Source: Nitrosopumilaceae archaeon
GTDB lineage: Archaea > Thermoproteota > Nitrososphaeria > Nitrososphaerales > Nitrosopumilaceae
Assembly (NCBI GenBank): GCA_965207375.1
Contig: OZ242274.1
Location: forward strand, 1,760,001-1,824,000
Length of the DNA stretch: 64,000 nt
Direction: 5' to 3'
Below are positions 1 through 9,684 of the stretch, piece after piece. The position numbers were made by a program, and so were the translations under genes. Below the pieces are notes generated by a model, which had not been told where the DNA came from, searched no databases, and saw nothing but the letters and a program-made list of their open reading frames with translations. The first letter of the stretch is position 1. Every line of letters starts with the position of its first letter.

Positions 1-712
1 ATTGTCTGGCATAGCCGTGCTCTGCAAGCCAGTCTCGCAGAATTTGCTTGTCGTATGATTCTTGGATTTTTCCAACCCGATACAGGTTCTTTGGCCATAA
101 CCTGTACTCGTCAGGCCCAATAGAATCACCCAATACGATTTGGTTTCCTTCAAAACCAAATTCAAGCTTAAGATCGGCTAAAATAAAACCTGCAGAGTCT
201 GCAATGCCTGCCATTTTGTTATAAATCTCGATGGATTTTGTAGACAGCCAGTCAAACTGTTGCTCAGATACAAGATTCATTTCAAGTGCGATTTTTTTGG
301 TTACAGGCATGTCATGTTCGGATTTAGTGGTAGGATCAAATATAGGAACGGGTAGTTTTGATGCAATTTCGGTTATAGTACCATCAGGTACAGAGATTTC
401 ACCTTTCTTCCAGCGATGTATCAAACTACCATAAAAATAACCGCGAACCACACACTCCATCGGAATCATTTTCATCTTTTTAACGATAATTTCTGTATCT
501 GATTCCCGTCTTATGAAATGATTTTTTACATCTAGTGTCTCAAACCAATATTGGGCAAACCGGCAGAGAACCTTGCCTTTTTTTGGAATGTCTTGTGTAA
601 ACTTTACGTCATATGCAGAGACTCGGTCACTGAATTTGAAAAGCAGGTAAGAATCATCAAATTCGTAAATATCCTTTACTTTGCCTGATGCAAGAAATTC
701 CAAGTAAAACAT
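1..712 (-). CDS. purC: SAICAR synthetase (3' end runs off the window start)
   Basis: Manual translation from ATG 712 (or TTG 703): [17 protein letters not shown]...[10 protein letters not shown], later IFDPTTK and ADLKLEFG, which are PurC motifs. Absent from the ORF track because it is truncated. Confidence 0.93.
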   Translation of the reverse strand, partial: MFYLEFLASGKVKDIYEFDDSYLLFKFSDRVSAYDVKFTQDIPKKGKVLCRFAQYWFETLDVKNHFIRRESDTEIIVKKMKMIPMECVVRGYFYGSLIHRWKKGEISVPDGTITEIASKLPVPIFDPTTKSEHDMPVTKKIALEMNLVSEQQFDWLSTKSIEIYNKMAGIADSAGFILADLKLEFGFEGNQIVLGDSIGPDEYRLWPKNLYRVGKIQESYDKQILRDWLAEHGYARQ

Positions 713-743
713 GTCCGGTTTGGATGGAAATTAACTTTTTCAC

Positions 744-829
744 AAGTGTCAACGTCACACCAGAATTAATTCTATTTTTTGAAATTTCATGTCTAAATTA
801 TCATAAATTCAAAACATTAACAGATACAA
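744..829 (+). repeat. Degenerate repeat beginning with an IS66-like end (copy 1)
   Basis: AAGTGTCAACGTCAC...GAATTAATTCTATT...AATTTCATGTCTAAA...AACAGATA aligns with 55499-55592 and with the reverse complement of 45286-45388. Confidence 0.65.
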
Positions 830-924
830 TAAATTCAAGGTATTAATTAAACAATCTTACATTATTTTTATTGAATCATTTAATTATCTATATCGTTTCA
901 TGATATCTATGAAAGCATTATCTC

Positions 925-1013
925 TAGTTTTCATGGCATCTGCCGCTTGTAGATGCTACATTAGGAACCCCCCCCCATACATTACACGGTATAGTTTTCA
1001 TGGCATCTGCCGC
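925..1013 (+). repeat. 22-bp direct repeat flanking a C9 tract
   Basis: TAGTTTTCATGGCATCTGCCGC at 925-946 and 992-1013, with C9 at 968-976. Confidence 0.95.
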
Positions 1014-3330
1014 AGGATTGTTATTATTATTTACACCGACTTTAGCAGAGGCCCATTCTCCAACTGATGATGACTTTTTATGCAAAAGTGACAAATTGAT
1101 GACGCAGTTTGGAGCGGAAATAGTCCCAAGATCAATTTACAACCCAGACGGTACAGTACGTTTCACTTTCTTGGATATGGTAGGAGGACAACGTGGCCAA
1201 TTGGGTGTTTATACCGACTCTGATGGTATAACCTACACATGCATTAACTATTATGACAATCAATTACAGTTTGATACTGCTACACGCGTACAATATAGCA
1301 GAGCTACAGACACATACACTGTACCACCTGGCCAAAATTACCATGACGGAATAGAAAGAATTGACATTTTCCATCATAATGGCACTCTAAAAGAATCTAT
1401 TCTATATGAGGCAAAAAGCATTCTAGGTGTTTCAGATGAAGATGATCCGAATAGTAACCCAAATCAAGGCGTGTTTATGAAACTAGAACATCATGAAGAT
1501 GGCACACTAAAAGAAATAATCAATCTTGAGGATGGTGAATCTACAAGTGAAATAAAATTCAAAGAGGGCGGAAACATTGCAACAGAAGTTATCAAACGTG
1601 ACTTGAAGGCAGAAAACACTACAAGGACAGATGAAAACGGTAATTTCCTATTACCTCAAAATAAAACTACATGGCATGATAACGGAATCCAAAAGAGTTA
1701 TTATGAAATATTTCCAGACGGTAAAGATTTGACTATAGAGTGGAATGAATATGGAACTATGACCAAATATGGCAAAACATATTCCAATGATGTGCCGTAT
1801 GTTTTACTAGACTCGTCTGGTCAGAATTTCATAAGCGCTCAAAATATTGCAGATATTTCAAAACCTGCACTTGTGGCTATTGTACGTGATGCCTTAAGAG
1901 AGAATCATCTAGTAGATATAGAGATTAGGAAAGCCATCATACTACAAAACATTAAATCTTTTCTAAAAAATCAACTTCTAAATTTGGATAATGTAGAGAC
2001 TCACAATATAAACGAGGTAAGCACTGCAATTGCAAATGGCATATATGGTGCGATTGTTATTACAGAAGCGGACAATAATCGTGGCAAAAACTATGTTGCA
2101 AGACTTGCAGATGGTTTTGTAAGTGCAGGAATTGCAAATCTTGTCTCTACCGGACATGTTCAAGTCTCGACTCTGTATGACTACACAACCATTGACGGAT
2201 GGACTAGCACAGATCAGAGATTATATGGCATACATTTGCAGACCGGAATAACCCATGACGGCTCTGTAAATGAAGGTCTATGTTATTCTGAAGATAGAGT
2301 ACGTATAACATGCACTGATGATTCTAGGGCAGAATATTTTGAATTTCTAGAGCGTCAGATTCCAAGAACAGGCGGCAGCACTCATGATACTGCATCTGCA
2401 AAATATGACCGTGACTTGAGTAACGAGATAACACCAGAGTTGCTAATTGTTAGGCCAGGTTATGTAGATACGTCTTTACTCAAGGAAGTACAATATGCAA
2501 AATCTCTATTAGAACGCGGTAAATCAATACCAAATGGCCCTAATGATCATGAGACTTGGAATAAGGTACTAGCAGCATTTGGACATTTAGATCAAGGCAA
2601 GATGACAGCATCTGAAGCCCAAGTCAATGTTGATACATACGGAGGCCCATTATGGTCAAGAATTGCAGCAGCAATTAGCGAGTTAGAATCAGATACACCT
2701 GCAGGCATTAACGCAGAATCAATAGAACAGCAACCTATACCGGATTCAATACCTGATTCTATACAAGATACACAAGTTAAGCCTGAACCAGCAATAGACC
2801 CAGAACTAATTGAGGATGTAAAGTACCTTGCAAGTCAAACACATCACGGTGAACAGCATGTAGATAGATGGAATAGAGTTTTGGCAGCATTTGGGATTAT
2901 AGAGCATGATAATCCAATTACAGTTGCCGAGGCTGAAGCAAATACTCAAAAATACTCTAGTCCACTTTGGCCTAAAATTGCAGAAACTTTGAAGGTAATA
3001 GAAGATGCAAATGAACAGCAGCAACAGGAAATACACGTACCACAGGTTAACCAAACATCAAATATCGCACAAGATACACCACAAGTTGTACCTGAACCAA
3101 CACCTGCAATAGACCCAGAACTAATTGAGGATGTGAAGTACCTTGCAAGTCAAGTACATCACGGTACAGAACATGTTGACAGATGGAATAGAGTACTAGC
3201 AGCATTTGGGATTTTACAACATGATAATCCTATGACTGCAGCAGAAGCTGAAGCAAATTCAAAAAAATATTCTAGTCCATTATGGCCTAAAATTGCAGAG
3301 GCTTTGAAAGTAATAGAGAATGCCAGCTAA
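1000..3330 (+). CDS. Secreted/surface protein with MORN-variant-like segments and three C-terminal ~70-aa helical repeats
   Basis: Signal-peptide-like N-terminus ending AEA; (W/F/H)H.(N/D)G.(L/Q)K segments; repeats ELIEDVKYLASQ.HHG..HVDRWNRVLAAFG...AEAEAN..KYSSPLWPKIAE. Confidence 0.8.
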   Translation: MASAAGLLLLFTPTLAEAHSPTDDDFLCKSDKLMTQFGAEIVPRSIYNPDGTVRFTFLDMVGGQRGQLGVYTDSDGITYTCINYYDNQLQFDTATRVQYSRATDTYTVPPGQNYHDGIERIDIFHHNGTLKESILYEAKSILGVSDEDDPNSNPNQGVFMKLEHHEDGTLKEIINLEDGESTSEIKFKEGGNIATEVIKRDLKAENTTRTDENGNFLLPQNKTTWHDNGIQKSYYEIFPDGKDLTIEWNEYGTMTKYGKTYSNDVPYVLLDSSGQNFISAQNIADISKPALVAIVRDALRENHLVDIEIRKAIILQNIKSFLKNQLLNLDNVETHNINEVSTAIANGIYGAIVITEADNNRGKNYVARLADGFVSAGIANLVSTGHVQVSTLYDYTTIDGWTSTDQRLYGIHLQTGITHDGSVNEGLCYSEDRVRITCTDDSRAEYFEFLERQIPRTGGSTHDTASAKYDRDLSNEITPELLIVRPGYVDTSLLKEVQYAKSLLERGKSIPNGPNDHETWNKVLAAFGHLDQGKMTASEAQVNVDTYGGPLWSRIAAAISELESDTPAGINAESIEQQPIPDSIPDSIQDTQVKPEPAIDPELIEDVKYLASQTHHGEQHVDRWNRVLAAFGIIEHDNPITVAEAEANTQKYSSPLWPKIAETLKVIEDANEQQQQEIHVPQVNQTSNIAQDTPQVVPEPTPAIDPELIEDVKYLASQVHHGTEHVDRWNRVLAAFGILQHDNPMTAAEAEANSKKYSSPLWPKIAEALKVIENAS

Positions 3331-3426
3331 CAAGCAATCAATGAATTTTTAAAAATCAAGGTTTACGTAAAACACACTGTATCGTCAAACTCTAGACATG
3401 GCATTAACAATTACACTTTTTCTTGT

Positions 3427-3855
3427 TCAGGATCCCATCATTCCAACCATTTTTGGCGGAGTTCTATATGCCTTGCTTACAATAATGTCATTATCAGCAG
3501 TCACAATGACATAATCCATAGCGTTGTTCTCAGGAGGAGACACAATAATTCGCTTTCCTGGGCCCATCGTGCCAATATCAAGCGTGTCACCCTGGCCAAA
3601 ATTTACACGCACATTTGTCAGAGATTCACTGCCGGTATTTTGTATCGTTACTCTTCCCGTGATGAAGAGGTTTTGTTTGTCCAACAGTGGATCAACGTAA
3701 ATGTCATACTGCTGGGTTGCAATCCCTACATCAGAGATGTTGACTGCAATTACTAGCGCAATAATACCAATTGTGCAGATACCGGCAATCAGAAAACAGT
3801 TGTAGGTTGAAACCAAACGATAGCATTTTGGCAATCTAATAATTAAGAATTTCAT
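3427..3855 (-). CDS. Membrane-anchored hypothetical protein with an Ig-like beta domain (true start probably downstream)
   Basis: One hydrophobic helix followed by GRVTIQNTGSESLTNVRVNFG. Confidence 0.7.
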   Translation of the reverse strand: MKFLIIRLPKCYRLVSTYNCFLIAGICTIGIIALVIAVNISDVGIATQQYDIYVDPLLDKQNLFITGRVTIQNTGSESLTNVRVNFGQGDTLDIGTMGPGKRIIVSPPENNAMDYVIVTADNDIIVSKAYRTPPKMVGMMGS

Positions 3856-3888
3856 TATAATGATTCTTCAGCATTATCTGTTAGATAG

Positions 3889-4870
3889 GTGCAGTTACTG
3901 TGGGCCCGGTACAAGAACACCAACAGTGTACAGTATCCATATACTATAGGCAGGCCCACAATAGAACTGCCTAGAAAGAGGGAGCACTATACAGTACTTT
4001 CTGCAAGGACAACCAATCATCTTGCCGCAAAGAGAATAGAGGATATGATTGAGGACCAAATTGGCATACATATATCTCACAATACGATACATCAAATATT
4101 GCGAGAAGATGACATTGTAAAAGAGGAACAAAAAAAGAAGCAACGCCGCAGATGGATCAGATATGAGCGTGAGCACTCTAATTCCATGTGGCATACTGAC
4201 TACAAACAGCTCGATGACGGCAGATGGTTTGTGTCGTATCAGGACGATGCCTCACGATTTGTTGTAGGATATGGTGTCTTTGAGAATGCAACTAGTGAAA
4301 ATGCCATATCTGTACTGATGCAGGCCATCAAAGATCATGGCAAGCCAGCATCCATTCTGACTGACCGTGGCTCTCAATTCTATGCAAATGCAGATACAGT
4401 CAAAAAGAAAGGCGCGTCAGAATATGAAAAGAAACTAGTAGAACTTGACATAAAACACATACTTGCACGGGTGAATCACCCGCAGACAAACGGCAAGCTA
4501 GAACGACTCCATGGAGAACTGCAAAGAAAATTGCACGAATTTGTTGATGTGGTAGGCCCTCCTGGAACTGCAAATCCCATGAATGTACAACCAATAGAAT
4601 CTGATCCAGTAGTACGATTTGTAAGGTGGTACAATTATGAGCGCCCTCATGACTCACTTGATACCTCTAAATTGGAGACTCCTGCACAGGCATTTGCAAG
4701 AAAGATGCCTCCAAATGATATAGTCGAGGAGGTCACAAAATGACTACACATTACGGGAGTGGAAATGTTATTAGAAATCCAATTATACATGGCGGTGTAA
4801 AAGCCTAATGAAATTCAAATTAATCGATTATGGGAGTCTAACGGGGGTGAACTACTTTTGGGATCCCACA
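3889..4870 (+). mobile_element. IS481-family transposase, 5' truncated (CDS 3889-4743)
   Basis: Integrase core WHTDYK / DDASR / ILTDRGSQF / HPQTNGKLER / YNYERPH. In-frame TAG just before the GTG, N-terminal HTH missing, possible right end ...ATCCCACA at ~4870. Confidence 0.85.
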
Positions 4871-4899
4871 GATAAAAAATAACCTAGCAATACGCAAAA

Positions 4900-5256
4900 C
4901 TAAAGGGGTTTTGCTTGATCGATTCTCTTTTTTAATTTTTGGCTAGTGGGATAGATCCATACTATCGAGCCGTCAGGATTTAGCTGTATCATGTTTGTTT
5001 TTTGCAGATATTCCAGTATGAAGTTAAATGTTGGATACTGCATGGACTTTGGCAGTTTTTTGTTCAGCTGGCTTTTTGTCTCAAAATACTTGTATCTGGA
5101 GATTATCTTGGCCACAGTTGCCACATTTCGTAGTGTAGGGTTGACCTTTTTTGTCGCTTCTAGTAAAAAATCAAGATACTCTACAATCCCCAGATACGGC
5201 TTTGGTTTTTGTTTATTGTCTGTTAATGTTTTCAATGTACATTGTTTATAGTACAT
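4900..5256 (-). CDS. Small basic winged-helix-like protein
   Basis: PTL..V...I...KSQL.KKLPKSMQYPTF..ILEYL....I....G.IVWI pattern of small archaeal wHTH-like proteins. Confidence 0.6.
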   Translation of the reverse strand: MYYKQCTLKTLTDNKQKPKPYLGIVEYLDFLLEATKKVNPTLRNVATVAKIISRYKYFETKSQLNKKLPKSMQYPTFNFILEYLQKTNMIQLNPDGSIVWIYPTSQKLKKRIDQAKPL

Positions 5257-5280
5257 ATAAGTATATAAAATATATGTATG

Positions 5281-6362
5281 AGAGGTGATCCGTAATTATT
5301 TTTTATGCGTGTCTGCTGCCATCCGGATGCCCTCCCTCAGTCAGGCCATCTGATTCAACCGCCACCATATGCTGCGGTTTACCAAACCGCACACAATATC
5401 GTTGATCCGGTCGTATTTTATGAGTGGATTCCTGTATACGTTTCCCATAATACGCCAGGTTTTAATCCTGCGTATTGCATGTTATACACATACGCGAATC
5501 TTTGAGTGGATTTTGTTGTATTCCTTTTGCTCCTCTGTGAGCTTTGCACCCTTTTTCTTTTTGATTGGAGTGCACAGTATCCCTCCAGGAACCTCAGGTG
5601 CCCCTTGGTATCCTCTGTCTGCATATATGGTGACCTGTGCTTCATCAGGTATTTTCTCTGGAAATGTTGGAGGTTTTTTCTTGTATACTGTAACGTCATG
5701 TACTTTTCCGGGTGAATGACGTGTCTTGTGCACGATTAGTCCATGCGTGTTAGTCGTATATTGTATCTTAGAGGTGTGCGCTCCTGCTTTGCCCGAATAG
5801 TGAGACTTTTCCATGTCCTTGCGTCCTGGTCTTTGTATTTTCTGTTCTGAGGCATCAACAAGACATCTAAGACCTGGAAGAATCTCTTCTAATTCCTCTA
5901 TGGAGGAAATTCTTTGCATCTTGTCATGTATTTTGGAAGGTATAGGAATGCATAGTTTGAGGATGGGCTCTATATGGGTAATAGAGCGCGATACTGATGC
6001 TTGTCCTATTTCAAACATGACTGCTGCTACATCTTGTGTACAGTATGTGCGATAGTAAAACAAAAGCAGCATCACCTGGTCTCGTACATTTAATGCGAAT
6101 CTGCGGCCTGCACCTATTGCGCGCACTCTGTTTTCTCTAGAGAGCCTCTTTTTTTCTGCTCTTGGATACTTTTTTTCCACCTTAGATACCAACAAATCAA
6201 ATTCTTTGGCAGACATGCCTGTTACGGCACGAAATCTTCTGGTATTTTTTACCAGTTTTTCATAGGACATCATGAGTTGTGGTAGATTCGGGCGATATTT
6301 GGATCTTTTTGGTATTGCTAGGCGTGAAATTTAGGAAAATTGGCTAATTACGAATCATCTCT
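5281..6362 (-). mobile_element. IS5-family element, 18-bp imperfect TIRs, 3-bp TSD (ATG)
   Basis: AGAGGTGATCCGTAATTA at 5281 versus reverse-complement AGAGATGATTCGTAATTA ending at 6362; ATG at 5278-5280 and 6363-6365. Confidence 0.92.
5341..6273 (-). pseudogene. IS5-family (DDE_Tnp_4-like) transposase with an in-frame stop
   Basis: LVDASEQ and YADRGYQG motifs; reads IRVCV*HAIRRIKTWRIM...NQMA*, so TAA replaces the expected catalytic Glu codon. Confidence 0.88.
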
Positions 6363-6378
6363 ATGATACATATACGTA

Positions 6379-6690
6379 CTAGTATCTAAATAATCTGTCG
6401 TATTCCTTATGATTCATGATTTTGAGCATTAAGGCCATTTTCTGTCTAGTTTTTGTATCCACTGTAATGGTATAGAGCAATCTGTCTGAATCAGATAACC
6501 TGACACGATACAAACAGTCAAATTCATTACGAAACTTTTTGGGCCATCTATCAAAGGTAATGGCATCTCCCATAATTTGCTCGTGTTCTAGCAAATCCTT
6601 AACATCTCGAATTCGTGTTTTTCTAGGATCGTTATCTGATAGCGCTGCATACATTGGAGCAAAGTCTTTGCTGTCTCCTAACACCAGCAT
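6379..6690 (-). CDS. RelE/ParE-fold toxin-like protein
   Basis: 103 aa with LYRVRLSDSDRLLYTI...HKEYDRLFRY. Confidence 0.55.
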   Translation of the reverse strand: MLVLGDSKDFAPMYAALSDNDPRKTRIRDVKDLLEHEQIMGDAITFDRWPKKFRNEFDCLYRVRLSDSDRLLYTITVDTKTRQKMALMLKIMNHKEYDRLFRY

Positions 6691-6724
6691 GATTGTACTA
6701 GGACTATGTGTTAATAAACAAAAT

Positions 6725-6806
6725 GTACTTGTTCACATAATAGAATTAATTTGTACCCAGATGGTGATGTAATGATTGAAAAATTAGGAACGAGGTGAAC
6801 AAGTAC
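6725..6806. repeat. 82-bp MITE-like repeat with perfect 12-bp terminal inverted repeats (empty copy)
   Basis: GTACTTGTTCAC (6725-6736) and GTGAACAAGTAC (6795-6806); interior matches 9565-9628 and 59505-59584. Confidence 0.9.
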
Positions 6807-6976
6807 GATTTATCCAAGCAGTCATTTTTTATTCCCATAACACTTTTTCGTGCATTGTTAATACTTTCAAAGATTTTGAAACCCATAGAAGATTTAACCG
6901 ACAATATAAAAAAGGATCAGGGTAATAACATAATCCACTTAAAACTTAAAGTAGAATCTTTAGAAAATTATACACA

Positions 6977-7810
6977 ACGGCCACAAGATCTGCAATTGAG
7001 TGGACGGAAGCAACATGGAATCCATCTACAGGATGTACAAAAATATCGCCAGGATGTGCTAACTGCTATGCAGAAAAACTATCAAAACGCTTACAACAGA
7101 TGAGAGTAGGAAAATACTCTAAAGGATTTGATTTTGTTGAGCACGATAAGGATTTAGAATTGCCACTGACTTGGAAAAAGCAACGAAAAATATTTGTAAA
7201 CAGTATGTTAGATTTATTCCACGAACAGGCAAGTATGGAGTTTATCCAAAAATGCTTCTTTACAATGATAAAAGCACACTGGCACACATACCAGGTATTA
7301 ACAAAAAGACCAGAAAGACTGAAGGAATTTTCCTATCAATTTGAACATAAATTTGGTGAAAAAATACCCAGTCACATATGGGTCGGAACAAGTGTTGAGA
7401 ATCAAAAATATACATCACGAATAGAAGAATTACGCAAGGTTGCATGCACTATACGATTTATTAGTTTTGAGCCGATGTTAGATTCAATCACAGATGTAGA
7501 TTTGAAGAATATCGATTGGGCCATAATCGGAGGAGAAAGCGGTGCAGGATTCAGAGAGATAAAAAAGAAACGGATTACAGATTTGATTAAAGAGTGTAAA
7601 AGGCAAAAAGTTGCAGTATTTTTTAAACAATGGGGAGGATTTAGGCCAAAATCAAGAGGTAGAGAAATTAATGGAAAAACATATGATCAATATCCAATTA
7701 TTTCAAATGCACAAAGTGAAAAGATCAAAAGCAAGTTGTTACAGCAAGTTCTTTCACATGAATTAAAAGAATCAGGCAACATGATACAACTAGAACCAAG
7801 TTTGCAATAA
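6977..7810 (+). CDS. DUF5131 / phage Gp37-Gp68 family radical-SAM-like protein; start position reads ACG
   Basis: The frame of ORF 7100 extends upstream: (ACG)ATRSAIEWTEATWNPSTGCTKISPGCANCYAE; also TYQVLTKRPER, ISFEP, WAIIGGESG, FFKQWGG. Confidence 0.9.
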   Translation, partial: TATRSAIEWTEATWNPSTGCTKISPGCANCYAEKLSKRLQQMRVGKYSKGFDFVEHDKDLELPLTWKKQRKIFVNSMLDLFHEQASMEFIQKCFFTMIKAHWHTYQVLTKRPERLKEFSYQFEHKFGEKIPSHIWVGTSVENQKYTSRIEELRKVACTIRFISFEPMLDSITDVDLKNIDWAIIGGESGAGFREIKKKRITDLIKECKRQKVAVFFKQWGGFRPKSRGREINGKTYDQYPIISNAQSEKIKSKLLQQVLSHELKESGNMIQLEPSLQ

Positions 7811-7878
7811 GCTAGTCAAGATGAAAGAGTAAGGGATGGAGCGCAAAAATCTAATTAAAAAAATATTCTAGATTTACT

Positions 7879-8160
7879 TTATTCTGTAACTGTGACTCCA
7901 TTCCAAAACGCCACCATGCCCTTGATTTTTTTGGCAGCATCATTTGGCTCTGCATAGTACCAGGCACAATCCTTGTTTGTTTTACCATCGACAGTCACAG
8001 TATAATAATTTGCCATGCCCTTCCAACCGCAAAATGACGTAAAAGATGTCTTGTGAAAATACTCTTGATGTATAGAATCAAAGGGAAAATAGTGGTTGCC
8101 TTCTACTATTACGGTATCATCACTTTGAGCAATGATCTTATTGTTCCAAATTGCCTTCAT
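7879..8160 (-). CDS. DUF427 domain protein
   Basis: MKAIWN..IIAQSDDT..VEGNHYFP, CGWKG.ANYY, AWYY.EP, VAFW. Confidence 0.9.
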   Translation of the reverse strand: MKAIWNNKIIAQSDDTVIVEGNHYFPFDSIHQEYFHKTSFTSFCGWKGMANYYTVTVDGKTNKDCAWYYAEPNDAAKKIKGMVAFWNGVTVTE

Positions 8161-8310
8161 GTACGAAATGCACATACGGTACTTAAAAAAATTACCCGAG
8201 TTAGTTTGTGTTATAGCTCTAATTTCATGCGTAATTTTGTATGTTTGAAATAGAGTTTAGGCAGGGTTACAACACTAAGAATATATCCCATAAAATTAGA
8301 ATATTTTTTT

Positions 8311-8814
8311 GATTCTTCTGCATTAATTGTTGGTAAAAAGCCATTTGAATAAGTACATGTGGCATTCAATGCATTGCATGTATACTCACACATAGCAAAT
8401 GTAGGTATAGTTAAAAAGAACAACAACGTCTAGGAAAGATTCAACGAAACACTACGGGATATACAACGGCTTGGATGTTGCATTAAAAGTAAAAACTCGG
8501 TAATATTTCCAAGATGTGAGGCTTATTACAATTTTATGTGACCACACTCAAGTCTTGGAGGCAAGACACCTGCAGAGGCAGCAGGTATAACCATACACGG
8601 ACAAAAGTGGAGGATCGTAATATCAAACGCTGTATTATACGTGCAATAAACTCTAATGTCAAAGTTACATGTGTGATGAAATAATGGCAACTCAGAGACG
8701 ATTATGTTCTGTTAATGTGTGATTGATCTGCTTGTACAGGCAGTAATCTAGGCAGGGGCAATCTGGAGAAAATTTGTATATTGATGTTTTATCAACAATT
8801 AACGCTGAAGAATC
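8311..8814 (+). mobile_element. Internally deleted IS with 22-bp TIRs and a degenerate IS6-like DDE transposase C-terminus
   Basis: GATTCTTCTGCATTAATTGTTG (8311) and CAACAATTAACGCTGAAGAATC (8793-8814); 8401-8650 reads KNNNV*ERFNETLRD...YYNFM*PHSSLGGKTPAEAAGI. Confidence 0.75.
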
Positions 8815-8860
8815 TCAGAAAATATGAAATCTTATAATACTGTTTTGATGTAAATATATC

Positions 8861-8968
8861 ATGAACCACGATGAGAAGGAAGATCCTGAAATGAAAGAAC
8901 TTGAAAAGGAAGTAGAAAAAGGATTAAAACGCAACAGCATTGTACATAACCTGCTTCATGATCTTTAA
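8861..8968 (+). CDS. 35-aa charged peptide, putative antitoxin of the Doc toxin
   Basis: MNHDEKEDPEMKELEKEVEKGLKRNSIVHNLLHDL*; overlaps the Doc start; TATA-like CTTATAA ~25 nt upstream. Confidence 0.6.
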   Translation: MNHDEKEDPEMKELEKEVEKGLKRNSIVHNLLHDL

Positions 8969-9545
8969 TTCTATAACTCCAAAAGAAATTATCTACATCC
9001 ACAAACTTGTTGAAAAAAGATTCAATTTACCATCTGGTCACATTAAAAACGGCGAACTAGAAACCCTTGTTTCCAAATGCTACAAGATACCATTTGCCAA
9101 AGAACGAACCGATGTCCTTGAACAAGCGGCGATTTTATTTGAAGGAATCATTCGACTTCACATATTCATTGATGGTAACAAAAGAACGGCGTTGGAAACC
9201 ACTCGTGTGTTTTTAAACCGTAATGATTGCATACTAGTAGTACCATTAAGTGGCGCTAATTTCATCTATAAAATTGCACAAAATTGTACTTCAGATACAG
9301 AGCAAATATTGTCTAAAATCACCAATTGGTTGAAATCACATACTGCAAAAAGAAATCAACATTACAAGATAAAGGGATTGTTAATGGTTCACTTTTACCT
9401 GCCACTATTTACAATACGCTTTTTTACAAAAATTAAACTGCGGAGATGTGGCAGATGGATTATCAAAAAATATCTTACGAATAAAGATCCACAGATCACA
9501 GAGTTTATGCTGGAAATTTATGAAAAACAATTAGATTTATTTTAG
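8958..9545 (+). CDS. Fic/Doc (death-on-curing) family toxin
   Basis: HIFIDGNKRTA Doc-type motif. Confidence 0.88.
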   Translation: MIFNSITPKEIIYIHKLVEKRFNLPSGHIKNGELETLVSKCYKIPFAKERTDVLEQAAILFEGIIRLHIFIDGNKRTALETTRVFLNRNDCILVVPLSGANFIYKIAQNCTSDTEQILSKITNWLKSHTAKRNQHYKIKGLLMVHFYLPLFTIRFFTKIKLRRCGRWIIKKYLTNKDPQITEFMLEIYEKQLDLF

Positions 9546-9684
9546 ATTCGTGATTACATTAGATGTGCTTGTTCACTTCATGTCTAATTTTTTAATCATT
9601 ACATCACCCTTTGGGCATAAATTAACTCCCATATGAAAAATCCCTTGGCTACGTGCCGGATCCTATACAGCGTGCATTTGCAGA

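Noticed and set aside
6795-7103. 102-aa ORF upstream of DUF5131
   Set aside because: Starts within the MITE TIR and overlaps the true DUF5131 N-terminus in another frame.
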